This document shows positions 18,065 through 27,744 of a stretch of DNA of 64,000 nt, one piece after another. The stretch is from positions 652,544 to 716,543 of the forward strand of contig OY969902.1 in NCBI GenBank assembly GCA_963704435.1. Reading direction: 5' to 3'. Both the position numbers and the translations under genes were made by a program. Source of the DNA: an uncultured archaeon. GTDB lineage: Archaea; Micrarchaeota; Micrarchaeia; Micrarchaeales; CABMGC01. The notes below the pieces were generated by a model. The model made no database searches. It was not told the origin of the DNA and was given only the letters and a program-made list of their open reading frames with translations. The stretch's first letter is position 1, and the number at the start of each line of letters is the position of its first letter.

Positions 18065-19258
18065 TCAATCCGTGAACAGGTGCACGAACACCCTCGCGGT
18101 GTTCACAAAATCCTCTATCGGTATGTATTCATTCGGTTCGTGTTCGACTTTTGGCTCTATCGTCCAGACTGCGGCGTCAAATCCCGCATTCCTCACGTCC
18201 ACAGCCATCGTGCCCCCTCCAATACCAATCAGTCTCGCGTTCTTGCGCAGGACCTTCTTTATCGCGCTCCTGAGCCTCTTTACGATTTCCGAATCGTCTC
18301 GGACGGGCTCGGCGGAATCCTCCGCCACCACCACCTCTACAGTTATCTTCGCACTGCGCTTCCTGCCCAGTTTCCTCAGGTCCTTTACTATTTCCATCAG
18401 CTTGTAGCAGGGCAGAATTCTGCAGTCCATGTAAAATACCTCCTTGCCGGGCAGGATGTTCACGCTGTCGATATTCTTCTCGTGCTTTGTCATCTCGAAT
18501 GTTGAGCCATCAGGCATGAGCTGGGTCTTTCTGCTATACTTTCTGTGCAAGTAGCCATCGGCTTCCAGCACATATTTTGCGGCTTCCCTGAACGCATTTA
18601 TTCCATATTCAGGAGAGGCTGCGTGGAACTGCTTCCCGGTGACGGTTATCTTGACCAATAACCTGCTCTTTTCCGCTATCTCTATCGTGTCCCCTGCAGC
18701 CGCCCCGTCGTCAGGCACCACAAACATGTCGCCCTTCTTGAAGAGTCCCTCATTCATTAGCTTCTTACCACCATACCCGTTTCCCTGCTCCTCATCGGCA
18801 GCTAGGACGAGCCCGAAATTGTACTTCAGATCCCTCCCAAGCAGCGCCTTTAGCGCATACATCGAGGCAACAACTCCCTGTCCGTCGTCCTGCGTCCCGC
18901 GACCATACACCTTCCCATTCTTGACTATCCCCTTGAAAGGGTCGGTCTTCCATAGGCTCCTGTCGCCCTCAGCAACCGTGTCAATGTGCGCCATCAGCCA
19001 CAGCGTCCTCTTCTTATTACCGTACTTCACCACAAGGTTTGGTCTCCTTACGCCATGATTATCGGCGTATTCATACCTCTTGGGTTTGAGCCCCCAGCCC
19101 TTCAGGATCCTCTCAAGGAAATCCGCCCGCTTTGCCTCCCCGGTGCCGCCGCTCTCCGGAGATACCGCCTTTATCGAAATCATCTTCGAAAGGGTGTCTG
19201 TCATCTCCCTCTCATAACCGCGAACCACTTCTTCCGCATCACGATTGTCATTACGCAT
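18065..19258 (-). CDS. M20 family metallopeptidase (ArgE/DapE-like)
   Basis: LMAHIDTV, GRGTQDDGQG, ADEEQG. 397 aa. Confidence 0.8.
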   Translation of the reverse strand: MRNDNRDAEEVVRGYEREMTDTLSKMISIKAVSPESGGTGEAKRADFLERILKGWGLKPKRYEYADNHGVRRPNLVVKYGNKKRTLWLMAHIDTVAEGDRSLWKTDPFKGIVKNGKVYGRGTQDDGQGVVASMYALKALLGRDLKYNFGLVLAADEEQGNGYGGKKLMNEGLFKKGDMFVVPDDGAAAGDTIEIAEKSRLLVKITVTGKQFHAASPEYGINAFREAAKYVLEADGYLHRKYSRKTQLMPDGSTFEMTKHEKNIDSVNILPGKEVFYMDCRILPCYKLMEIVKDLRKLGRKRSAKITVEVVVAEDSAEPVRDDSEIVKRLRSAIKKVLRKNARLIGIGGGTMAVDVRNAGFDAAVWTIEPKVEHEPNEYIPIEDFVNTARVFVHLFTD

Positions 19259-19315
19259 GCGTTACTAATTCTTGGAAGAATATTAAACCCGAACGGTTCA
19301 TTACTTTTTCCAGTG

Positions 19316-20485
19316 TCATCTCGCAGCGCTGACTATCTTTATTACGTCATTGTCCTTCAGTTCGTAATCCTTTCCGAGTCTCATCTTCTTCCTCGCATCT
19401 ACCGCGTAGAGCATGCTCTTCGCGAGGTCAGTGTGTATCTTTGCCGCGAGGTCGACCGCCTTCGATCCCTTTTTCAGCAGTATTGCGTCCGGCAGCACGT
19501 TCCCATAGTGGTCTGTGTACTTGTTCTCGTCCTCCACTGGATACGCGACTATGTTGTCGAGCACTTTGAAGACGACGGCATTCATTATGTCCTGGACTCC
19601 TGTGCCGTTGTTCTTCTTCATGTATCTCGCCATGTAGTCTAGAGCGCGCTCCTGATCTCCGCTCACATTGCCCTTCAGGCCGAACCCAGCGCTCCCTGGA
19701 ACATAGTCTATCGTCCCTTTGTTGCCCGCCTTCCTTAGCGCAAGTTCTATCGCACCGGAACAGCCTATCACCATGTAGTCCTTTAGCTTATTCCTGAGTT
19801 CGGAAAGCGCTCCCTCCCTGCTCATGTCAAGCTTGTTAGCGGCGACAACGGTCGGTTTGCTTATCTTCAGGAGCGCACCCGAGAACCTTCGCGTATCTTC
19901 CCCGCTCCACGATATCTGGGACGTGCCAAGGCCACTGCCCTCTGCAGCCTGCCTTATCTGCCCTTCGCTCACGTTGAACCCCGAAAGCAGCTCCTTCAGC
20001 GCGACCGCGCCGTCCGTCCTCCTCGCGATTGACTTCACGTGCCTTGCGATTATCCCAGAGAGCCACGCAGTGACCTCCTCGCTCACCATCCGCACGTCCT
20101 CATCAGGGTTGCAGCCCTCGCAGGGGTTCCCGTTCACATCGGTCTTCCCGCTCAGGTCAACCACGTGTATTAGCGCGTCCGCTCCCATGAGGTCGTTCAG
20201 GAACTGGTTTCCCATTCCCTTCCCGAGATGCGCATCCGGGACTAGACCCGCGACGTCCGTGATGTTCACAGGGATATGCCTAATTCCACGTATGCAGAGC
20301 GAGTTCTTCGGAGTGCATTTCACTCCTAGCTCCTTTTCCACGCACTCCCTGGTGGCGTACGCCACTCCCATGTTCGGCTTTATGGTGGTGAAGGGATAGG
20401 GCGCTATCTCCGCCTCAATCATGGTCAGTGCGGAGAATATGGTCGTCTTGCCCTTGTTCGGCGCGCCAACTATTCCAATGAGCAT
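19316..20485 (-). CDS. Obg-family (YchF/DRG-like) GTP-binding protein with C-terminal TGS-like domain
   Basis: G1 GAPNKGKTT, YPFTT, DVAGLV, NKLD. The C-terminal DVIKIV element resembles TGS. Confidence 0.8.
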   Translation of the reverse strand: MLIGIVGAPNKGKTTIFSALTMIEAEIAPYPFTTIKPNMGVAYATRECVEKELGVKCTPKNSLCIRGIRHIPVNITDVAGLVPDAHLGKGMGNQFLNDLMGADALIHVVDLSGKTDVNGNPCEGCNPDEDVRMVSEEVTAWLSGIIARHVKSIARRTDGAVALKELLSGFNVSEGQIRQAAEGSGLGTSQISWSGEDTRRFSGALLKISKPTVVAANKLDMSREGALSELRNKLKDYMVIGCSGAIELALRKAGNKGTIDYVPGSAGFGLKGNVSGDQERALDYMARYMKKNNGTGVQDIMNAVVFKVLDNIVAYPVEDENKYTDHYGNVLPDAILLKKGSKAVDLAAKIHTDLAKSMLYAVDARKKMRLGKDYELKDNDVIKIVSAAR

Positions 20486-20497
20486 CGGATTCCTCCA

Positions 20498-21805
20498 CTA
20501 TTCAAATAGCTTTACCTTCACTACCCTCTTGTCCTTTATCTCCCTGAGCAGGTAGTAGACCGAGATTATCGAGAACACAAGGACGACGCCTATGATGAGC
20601 GCGACCTGCGGCATGCCCGAGATGAACGCCAACATCGCGACTATGGCGATTATCGGGAGATACGGATATCCGGGCATCCTGACGTCTGCCTTGCGCCCTG
20701 ACTTCCTGAAGTGTATGAGCGCGAGGCAGGCCATGATGTATGCAAAGATAAGGCCGAAGTTGCTTATCGCGGCTATGACATATATGTTCCCCGCGAAGAG
20801 GGTCACGACCCCTATCGCAGCGGAAAGTATGACCCCGTTCACGGCCACGTCCCTCCTTTTGTCGAACCTCCTCAACGCCTTAGGAAGCAGCCTGTCGGAG
20901 CTTATCTGGTAGGATATCCTTGAAGCGCTCAGCATCATCGCGAGGGCGGCGGAAGCGGTGGCCACCAAGGCCCCTATATCGACCAGCAGGAGCAGGGCAT
21001 AGGGCGCCCCCGCGGCATTGAGCGCGAAAGCCAGGGGGTCCGCAGCTATCTTGTACTCCTGCGTCGGTACTAGAAGCAGCAGGGACACGGCGACCAGCAC
21101 GTACACCACGATGCTTATGATGACCGCGGCGAGCATCGCTTTGGCGGCGGCGCGGCTCCCCCCCGCGATTCTAGATCCGAACGTGGTTATCGTCTGGAAC
21201 CCCGTATAGGCGAAGAATATCACGACGCTCGCGGCGAAGATCGAACCCATGCTGAAGTCGCTCGGGCTGAAGCTGACGTATCCGAACGAGTCCGTCCTGA
21301 ACACGAACATTATGGAGAACGCTATGAACGCCGCGAGTATCAGCAGCTTGACTACGACGAGCGAGAAGTCGGCCTTCGCCGCCTTCCTTATCCCAAGAAG
21401 GTTGACCGCCGCAATCGCGAAGATCAGCAGCGCCGCGAAGACCTGCGGCGCAATCGAGGCTCCCATGCCCAACATGCTGGTGAGGTACGAACCGAAGCCA
21501 AGCCCTATGGCCGCTATGGCGGTCGCGTAGCTGAAATATGCGAGTATCCCCGTCAGGAAGCCGACCTCGCTGCCGAACGCATTGTATGCGTACGAGTAGG
21601 ACGCCCCTTTCTCGTTGGGCAGGAGGGAGCACAGCTCCCCGAACACTAGCGCCATGATCAGCGCGACTATCCCTACCAGCAGGAACGCGACGAGCGCGAA
21701 CGAGCCTGCCAGGGCGATGGCAGTGCCGCTGAGCACGAATATGCCTGCGCCGATGATCGCGCCCAATCCTACGGCGGTCGCGCTCGCCAGACCGATCTTT
21801 TTCAT
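20498..21805 (-). CDS. APC-superfamily amino acid/polyamine permease
   Basis: 435 aa with about 12 TM segments. The N-terminal GAIIGAGIFVLSG motif is typical of the family. Confidence 0.85.
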   Translation of the reverse strand: MKKIGLASATAVGLGAIIGAGIFVLSGTAIALAGSFALVAFLLVGIVALIMALVFGELCSLLPNEKGASYSYAYNAFGSEVGFLTGILAYFSYATAIAAIGLGFGSYLTSMLGMGASIAPQVFAALLIFAIAAVNLLGIRKAAKADFSLVVVKLLILAAFIAFSIMFVFRTDSFGYVSFSPSDFSMGSIFAASVVIFFAYTGFQTITTFGSRIAGGSRAAAKAMLAAVIISIVVYVLVAVSLLLLVPTQEYKIAADPLAFALNAAGAPYALLLLVDIGALVATASAALAMMLSASRISYQISSDRLLPKALRRFDKRRDVAVNGVILSAAIGVVTLFAGNIYVIAAISNFGLIFAYIMACLALIHFRKSGRKADVRMPGYPYLPIIAIVAMLAFISGMPQVALIIGVVLVFSIISVYYLLREIKDKRVVKVKLFE

Positions 21806-21953
21806 GGATTACACTGACATCTCAATAAATAAAAACGTATCAAAACCGAACACGCCACCGCATTTGCCCCCTCGCTCAGATAAAATTCCCAGCAGCGCGC
21901 CTCCATTTCCGCTTCTTTATTATATTTTCCGAGCCACAATATAGACTGCCGCT

Positions 21954-22039
21954 GCGGGGGTGGCAGAGCTTGGTCAAATGCGACAGGTTCAGGGCCTGTT
22001 CTCCTAGTGAGTGCGCGAGTTCAAATCTCGTCCCCCGCA
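21954..22039 (+). tRNA. tRNA-Leu(CAG), type II, no intron
   Basis: Acceptor stem GCGGGGG/CCCCCGC plus A. Anticodon arm ACAGG-TTCAGGG-CCTGT. Long variable arm. T-arm GCGAG-TTCAAAT-CTCGT. Confidence 0.85.
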
Positions 22040-22111
22040 TATCGCCGTCCGCCGCAGGCTCAGAAGACGCATCGCTTTAAACCTTTTCCTTCTATTAATA
22101 CTGGTGAACTT

Positions 22112-22378
22112 ATGCCCAAAAAGGAAGCGGACACTGGCTCGTTTGATAGGATGCTTGACTATTACGTGAAGCACACGGCGTGGATCGTGTTCAGGTCGCT
22201 GTACTGGGCGATATACCTGCTTGTGTTGGGCGGAATACTATTGTATTACAGCTACCAGAACATTGCGGTGTCCATCCAGACGTTCTTCGGCTTCGCCTTC
22301 TTCATACTGGCCGTCATGATAATGATCTACGGCCTGACGGAGATATTGCACAACAAGCTGATGAAGAAGTACGCTTGA
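22112..22378 (+). CDS. Small two-TM membrane protein, hypothetical
   Basis: The ATG at 22112 gives 88 aa with two hydrophobic spans. The track ORF start at 22007 overlaps the tRNA and was trimmed. Confidence 0.45.
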   Translation: MPKKEADTGSFDRMLDYYVKHTAWIVFRSLYWAIYLLVLGGILLYYSYQNIAVSIQTFFGFAFFILAVMIMIYGLTEILHNKLMKKYA

Positions 22379-22437
22379 AGGCCTTGTTTTTTGCCTTCTT
22401 TTTTCTTTTTTCGCTTTATTTCCCGTGTTGAGTACTC

Positions 22438-23589
22438 ATGCCTATCCTGCCAAACATATACAACTACAAGAACCTGAAGGTTCTGATAGCCATTCCCCTA
22501 ATCCTGATGCTCCTCGGGATCTACTTCTCGACGCAGATAGTGTATGACACATCGCTAAAGGGAGGCGTCAGCATAATACTGCAGACCAACTCAACGGCCA
22601 GCACCTCTTCCCTGGCAAGCGCCATAAGCTCGAAGTTCGGAGCTGAGGCACCGTCCGTTGCAGCGAGCCCGGGCGGGATCCAGATCACGCTCAGCATGAA
22701 TCAGAGCCTATCCGATGCGGAGGCGAGTCTCACGGCGTTCTATGCGCAGGAGGCCAACTACTCGTCATACGTGCTCAACTCCACGAATCTCGGCTTCGAG
22801 CTCCAGAGGGACAGGGGCAACGCGACGCTGATGCAGGAGATCCAGCAGTCCAATGCGGCCTCAAACGCGTCGATGACTAGCATGCGCAGCACGCTCAAGA
22901 GCGAGCTCGCCGCACTAAAGCCGTTCGGCGCGTCATCCGTGGTGAACGCCAGCGGCGTGGCCCAGCTCCAGGCGGCCGCGCAGGGCGCATACACCAACGC
23001 CAGCGGGGAGTACGAGAGCAATGTCATAAGCACCCTGCACTCCATAGTGGATTTCTCTTCGTTCTCCTACCAGCAGGTGTCCCCCACTCTCGGCAGCTTC
23101 TTCCTGTCGCAGCTGACTGACACCATGATAATGGCCTTCATACTGATATTCATTGCCGTGCTCGTCATATTCAGGTCGCCCGTGCCCGCGGCGATCGTCG
23201 TTTTCGGGGCGGCGAACGACATCGTGGTCGCGCTCGGCGCCATGGGGCTGTTCAAGATACCGCTCGGTGTGCCCAGCATCGCGGGGCTCCTCATGCTCAT
23301 AGGATACTCCATAGACACGGACGTGCTCACCGCGACAAGGATACTGCGGAGGGGCGAGGGCAAGGCCGAGGACAGGGCGTATGCCTCGATGAAGACGGGA
23401 ATAACGATGACCGCCACGGCGGTGGTGTCCTTCGGGGCCCTCTTCGCCATATCTGTGATAGCCTACGTCCCGACCTATTATGAGATAGCCGGCGTCGTGC
23501 TGGTGGGGCTTGTGGGAGACGTAATAACGACCTGGTTCGGGAACGCGGCTCTCGTGCTGCTTTACAAGAAGAGGAAGGATCGGCTATGA
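22438..23589 (+). CDS. secF: Protein-export membrane protein SecF (long extracytoplasmic loop)
   Basis: N-terminal TM, S/T/N-rich loop, and a C-terminal TM bundle with LIGYSIDTDVL. A 4-nt overlap with the downstream SecD gene suggests translational coupling. Confidence 0.7.
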   Translation: MPILPNIYNYKNLKVLIAIPLILMLLGIYFSTQIVYDTSLKGGVSIILQTNSTASTSSLASAISSKFGAEAPSVAASPGGIQITLSMNQSLSDAEASLTAFYAQEANYSSYVLNSTNLGFELQRDRGNATLMQEIQQSNAASNASMTSMRSTLKSELAALKPFGASSVVNASGVAQLQAAAQGAYTNASGEYESNVISTLHSIVDFSSFSYQQVSPTLGSFFLSQLTDTMIMAFILIFIAVLVIFRSPVPAAIVVFGAANDIVVALGAMGLFKIPLGVPSIAGLLMLIGYSIDTDVLTATRILRRGEGKAEDRAYASMKTGITMTATAVVSFGALFAISVIAYVPTYYEIAGVVLVGLVGDVITTWFGNAALVLLYKKRKDRL

Positions 23590-25196
23590 AACTCGCATCC
23601 TACCTCAAGGATTTCAGGATCGCCTTCCTGCTCGTACTCATAGCGCTGCTAGTATTCGCGGACGCGCTGTACGGGGGCCCCCACCTGCTACACCTCGGCG
23701 TAGAGTTCATTGGCGGCACGCAGATCCCGGTGCAGCTCGAGCATTCGGTGGACCCCGCTACGATGACCCTGCTGCAGGGCACGCTCCAGTCCCGCCTCTC
23801 CACGTTCGGGCTCAAGCAGGTCACGATCGAAGGGATAGGCGAATCCGAGGTCTATGTGACGATACCATCCGTGTCCCCTTCTGAGATAAACAGCACGATA
23901 TCGCTCATAGAGAGCCAGGGAGTCTTCGAGGGCCTGGTCAACGGGCAGCAGGCGATCAACGGATCATCGATGATAAGCGGGAGCATCGGAGCCATACAGC
24001 CCGAGGTCTCGGGGGGCAACGTCACCTGGGCGGTCAACTTCTACATAACGCAGCAGGCGGCCGTAACGTTCGCCAAGGTGGTCTTCGGGCAGGCGAACAA
24101 GCCCCTCTACATGTTCCTTGACAGGCCGTCCGACGCGATAGTGCTCGTGAACTCATCGCTGCTCCGCGCATCAAGCTCGCTGCTCACCGCGAACCAGAGC
24201 GCGAAGATACAGGCCATGCAGCAGGCGGTCTCGTTCGGGAACCAGACCCTGCCCCTTGAGATATACGATCCGGGGCTCGGCAACCTGAACTCGGTGGTCT
24301 CCTTCTTCTCGGCCTCCAGGGCCAAGTACGGCGAAGTCATACTCGCGAACAACACCCCCAACGGCATAGTCTCCAATCTCACCGCTTTGAATTACTCCCT
24401 GCGCTTCGTCTCGACCCTGAACATGTCGCCGGTCTTCGTCAGCTCGCTGTCGGGCACGTCGCAGACCGTGGTCGTCGATTCCTGGCCTGCCATAGGTCTA
24501 CTGTCTTCCCCGATGCTGAGCCCGGGTGTGACGAACGGCTCCATAGGCCAGAGCTACGAGATAAGCGGCGGTGCGCCGCAGACCCTGACGTCCCTGGCGG
24601 CGAGGGAGAATTTCGCGGCGAACGAGTCAAACAAGATAGTCAGCATACTTAACGGAGGCGCGCTTCCCGTGGCCGTGATAGTCGGGGAGCCCGAGACGAT
24701 ACCCCCTACCCTGGGCCAGCATTTCGAGACCATAAGCATCATCGCGCTGCTGGCCGCGATCCTGGCCGTGTCGCTCACGATAGGCATAAGGTACAGGCGC
24801 GCATTCCTCATACTGCCGATAGTCTTCACCACGCTGGCTGAGCTCTTCATAATACTCTCGATAATAGGGCTCATAGGCACGATAGACCTCTCGGCCGTGG
24901 CAGGCATGATAGCCGTGATAGGAACCGGCGTCGACGCACAGATAATAATAACGGACGAGGTGCTGGCGACCTCGTCCGAGCACGCCCTGAAGCTCAAGCT
25001 GGGCCACGCATTCTACATAATCTGGGCCGACGCGGCGCTGCTGGTGGTAGCGATGCTGCCGCTCCTCTTCTCCACCTCGCTGGTGACGATAATAGGGTTC
25101 GCCGAGTCGACCATACTGGGAGTGCTTTTCGGGGCGTTCATCACCCGGCCGGCGTACGGGTCGATAATAACGAGGCACTACGCGAAGCCGGAGTGA
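23586..25196 (+). CDS. secD: Protein-export membrane protein SecD
   Basis: 536 aa with a large periplasmic-type loop. C-terminal TM bundle with IGTGVDAQIIITDE. Confidence 0.75.
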   Translation: MKLASYLKDFRIAFLLVLIALLVFADALYGGPHLLHLGVEFIGGTQIPVQLEHSVDPATMTLLQGTLQSRLSTFGLKQVTIEGIGESEVYVTIPSVSPSEINSTISLIESQGVFEGLVNGQQAINGSSMISGSIGAIQPEVSGGNVTWAVNFYITQQAAVTFAKVVFGQANKPLYMFLDRPSDAIVLVNSSLLRASSSLLTANQSAKIQAMQQAVSFGNQTLPLEIYDPGLGNLNSVVSFFSASRAKYGEVILANNTPNGIVSNLTALNYSLRFVSTLNMSPVFVSSLSGTSQTVVVDSWPAIGLLSSPMLSPGVTNGSIGQSYEISGGAPQTLTSLAARENFAANESNKIVSILNGGALPVAVIVGEPETIPPTLGQHFETISIIALLAAILAVSLTIGIRYRRAFLILPIVFTTLAELFIILSIIGLIGTIDLSAVAGMIAVIGTGVDAQIIITDEVLATSSEHALKLKLGHAFYIIWADAALLVVAMLPLLFSTSLVTIIGFAESTILGVLFGAFITRPAYGSIITRHYAKPE

Positions 25197-25302
25197 CCCG
25201 GGCATTTGCGGCAGGGGATTTCCGCGCCATCGGAACGGTTAACCGATAACATATATATTACTGGAAAAACAATGTTAGAATCAAGCGATTGTAGCTGAGT
25301 CC

Positions 25303-25929
25303 ATGAAACACTGCCCGATATGCAATGCAAGCGGCGCCGATGTCCGGTTCTTCGGAGAGTTCTGCGAGGACTGCATGGGGAAGAAGCTGAAGGCGGAGCT
25401 GCCTAGCTATGTCGAGCTTGAGGTCTGCAAGGAGTGCGGAAAGACCCGGCTGGGGAAGGACTTCGTGCCGCTGGAGAACCGCGAAGTGGAGCTAATACTG
25501 AAGAGCAGGTACCGGGGATACAAGGTGAGTCTCATATCAATGCACCTGCCGCTGGCGAGGATAAGGGTGACGGACAACGACACGGGGCTGACCGTGGAGA
25601 AGGGAGTCGACCTCCTGTTCAGGAAAACGCTCTGTGAGAACTGCACCAGGAGGAGGGGAGGCTATTTCGAGTCCACCATACAGTTCAGGGGCAATCCCGA
25701 GAAGATAAACCGGCTCATAGCCGCGCTGCAGGCCTACCTGACCAAGAATGACGGGTTCATCGCCAAGGTGGAGGAGCTGCACAACGGGGTCAACGTATTC
25801 GTGAGCAGCAAGGCGCTCGTGACGTCTTTCCTCTCAAGGAAGGGCCTCGACAGCATAGCGTCGTACACGCTCCACACGGAGAAACGGGGCAAGAGGCTCT
25901 ATAGGAGCACCTTCTCGGTCAGGGTATGA
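25303..25929 (+). CDS. NMD3-family protein (ribosome large-subunit biogenesis/export adaptor homolog)
   Basis: N-terminal Cys pairs CPIC...CEDC...CKEC, followed by an NMD3-like beta-rich region. 208 aa. Confidence 0.6.
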   Translation: MKHCPICNASGADVRFFGEFCEDCMGKKLKAELPSYVELEVCKECGKTRLGKDFVPLENREVELILKSRYRGYKVSLISMHLPLARIRVTDNDTGLTVEKGVDLLFRKTLCENCTRRRGGYFESTIQFRGNPEKINRLIAALQAYLTKNDGFIAKVEELHNGVNVFVSSKALVTSFLSRKGLDSIASYTLHTEKRGKRLYRSTFSVRV

Positions 25930-25933
25930 ATGG

Positions 25934-26596
25934 GTGGCGCAGATGACGATAAAGGCGGTCTTTTTCGACTGGGGCGGGACGATAGCCAAAATGCCGATGC
26001 ACAACTCGTGGAACGAGATTGACAAGGCTCTCGGCTGCGTCGACGAGATGAACGCACTCGAGGGACGCTACCTGCGCAAGGAGCTCGGCTATCCCGAATG
26101 GTGCAGGCTGTCCGTAGACGTATACGTGAGGCTGGGCCTAACCGAGAAGACGCTGCAGGGGATTGCGGACAGGGTAACGCTGCATAAGGGGGTCAATGAG
26201 ACGTTGAGCGAGCTGAGGTCGCGCGGGATAAAGATCGGCATAGTGTCCGGCGGGATCTATAACCTTTACGAGTACGCCGCCAGGAAGTTCGGCATCTCTG
26301 CCGACCATGTCGCTTTCGCCACGACGCTGAATTTCGACAAGAGCGGATTGCTGGCCGGAGGGAAGTACAGTGCGAGCATCAAGGAGAGCAAGCTTCAAAT
26401 GCTCAAGGACTACCTGAGGGATTCGAAGCTGTCCCCCGAAGAGCTGCTTTACGTGGGGCACACGCACGATGACATACCTGTATTCAAGATGGTCACGGGC
26501 ATAGCCTTCTCCGCCGACTCGGAGGAATCGAAGAGGAACGCGAAATACGTCATCAAGGGGGACGACCTGAGGGAAGTCCTGAAATATGTCGCATAG
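25934..26596 (+). CDS. HAD-superfamily hydrolase (phosphoserine-phosphatase-like subfamily)
   Basis: Motif I FFDWGGTI, motif II IVSGG, motif III/IV K...GHTHDD. Confidence 0.7.
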   Translation: MAQMTIKAVFFDWGGTIAKMPMHNSWNEIDKALGCVDEMNALEGRYLRKELGYPEWCRLSVDVYVRLGLTEKTLQGIADRVTLHKGVNETLSELRSRGIKIGIVSGGIYNLYEYAARKFGISADHVAFATTLNFDKSGLLAGGKYSASIKESKLQMLKDYLRDSKLSPEELLYVGHTHDDIPVFKMVTGIAFSADSEESKRNAKYVIKGDDLREVLKYVA

Positions 26597-26610
26597 GCCG
26601 CGATAATAAT

Positions 26611-27645
26611 CTAGTCACTAAGCCGAACCGGCGCATTTCCGATTATGCTCAGCACGTAGCCGCATTTTTTACAACGCATCCCCGCATTTAGGTTCCACTG
26701 CGCCACAGACATCCCCGTCCGGCCTATTGCGAGTTGCCCGCAGTTCGGACAGTAAGTGTTTTCATAGGCGTTGTCCGGCGCGTTCCCTACATAGACGTAC
26801 CTCAATCCTCTACCCTTCGCTATGTCGTAGTGCTTCTTTAGGGAGTCATATGCGGTAGGAGGGATGTCTAGCATCTTGTAATCGGGACGGAATCTCAGGA
26901 AGTGCATCGGCGTGTCCTGGCCAAGGTTCGCGCAGATCCATCCGGTCAGCTCGTCGCAGGCATCCTGCGAATCTCCAATGCGCGGTATCACAAGGTCGGT
27001 AATCTCTATGTGGATTCCCGCCTTTTTCATCTCCAGCAGCGACTCCCTTATTGGGTCGTTCGATGGGACGAGCTCGTATTTGCTTGCGAATCCCCGCTCC
27101 CCATTTCCTTTGAAGTTTACCACTGCGGCGTCTATAATGCCCTTCATCTCGTGCACCGCTTCAGGGGTCATGAATCCGTTCGTCACGAAGACGTTGAACA
27201 GACCCTTACTGTGCGCTTCCTTGGCAACGTCAAGCGCATACTCCAAGAATATGGTTGGCTCGTTATAAGTGTAGGCGATTCCCTCGGCGCCGTCCTGCAG
27301 CGCCATCTCCACCGCACGCCCCGGGCTCAAGTCCTCCATCGCGGCGTCTAGCGCTTTGGATATATCATGGTTCAGGCAGAAGGGACAGCCGAAGTTGCAC
27401 GAAGCCGTGCCCAAGCTGAGGACGCGCGTGCCCGGCATGAAGTGGTTGAACGGCTTCTTCTCGATAGGGTCGATCTGGACTGACGTGATCTCGCCGTAAT
27501 TCATCAGATAGAGCTTTCCACCTATGTTCTCCCTTACGGAGCAGAAGCCGCGTCCGCCTTCCCTTATCTTGCAGAGCCTCGAGCACGTGCGGCACTCGAC
27601 TGAGTCGCCCTCTGTTTTTCTGTATAGCAGAGCCTCCTTTCTCAT
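26611..27645 (-). CDS. AmmeMemoRadiSam-system radical SAM enzyme
   Basis: CNFGCPFCLNHDIS radical SAM cluster motif. N-terminal CRTC...C and C-terminal CPNCG...CKKCG zinc ribbons are typical of this subfamily. Confidence 0.8.
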   Translation of the reverse strand: MRKEALLYRKTEGDSVECRTCSRLCKIREGGRGFCSVRENIGGKLYLMNYGEITSVQIDPIEKKPFNHFMPGTRVLSLGTASCNFGCPFCLNHDISKALDAAMEDLSPGRAVEMALQDGAEGIAYTYNEPTIFLEYALDVAKEAHSKGLFNVFVTNGFMTPEAVHEMKGIIDAAVVNFKGNGERGFASKYELVPSNDPIRESLLEMKKAGIHIEITDLVIPRIGDSQDACDELTGWICANLGQDTPMHFLRFRPDYKMLDIPPTAYDSLKKHYDIAKGRGLRYVYVGNAPDNAYENTYCPNCGQLAIGRTGMSVAQWNLNAGMRCKKCGYVLSIIGNAPVRLSD

Positions 27646-27744
27646 CAGTAATAATTATGGCGCCCGACGTATTTAACATTAATCCCAGGACCTGCCGTCG
27701 GGTCTGCCGTTGGCTATTTATCTGTTTTCTTCGCCTTTCTCACA

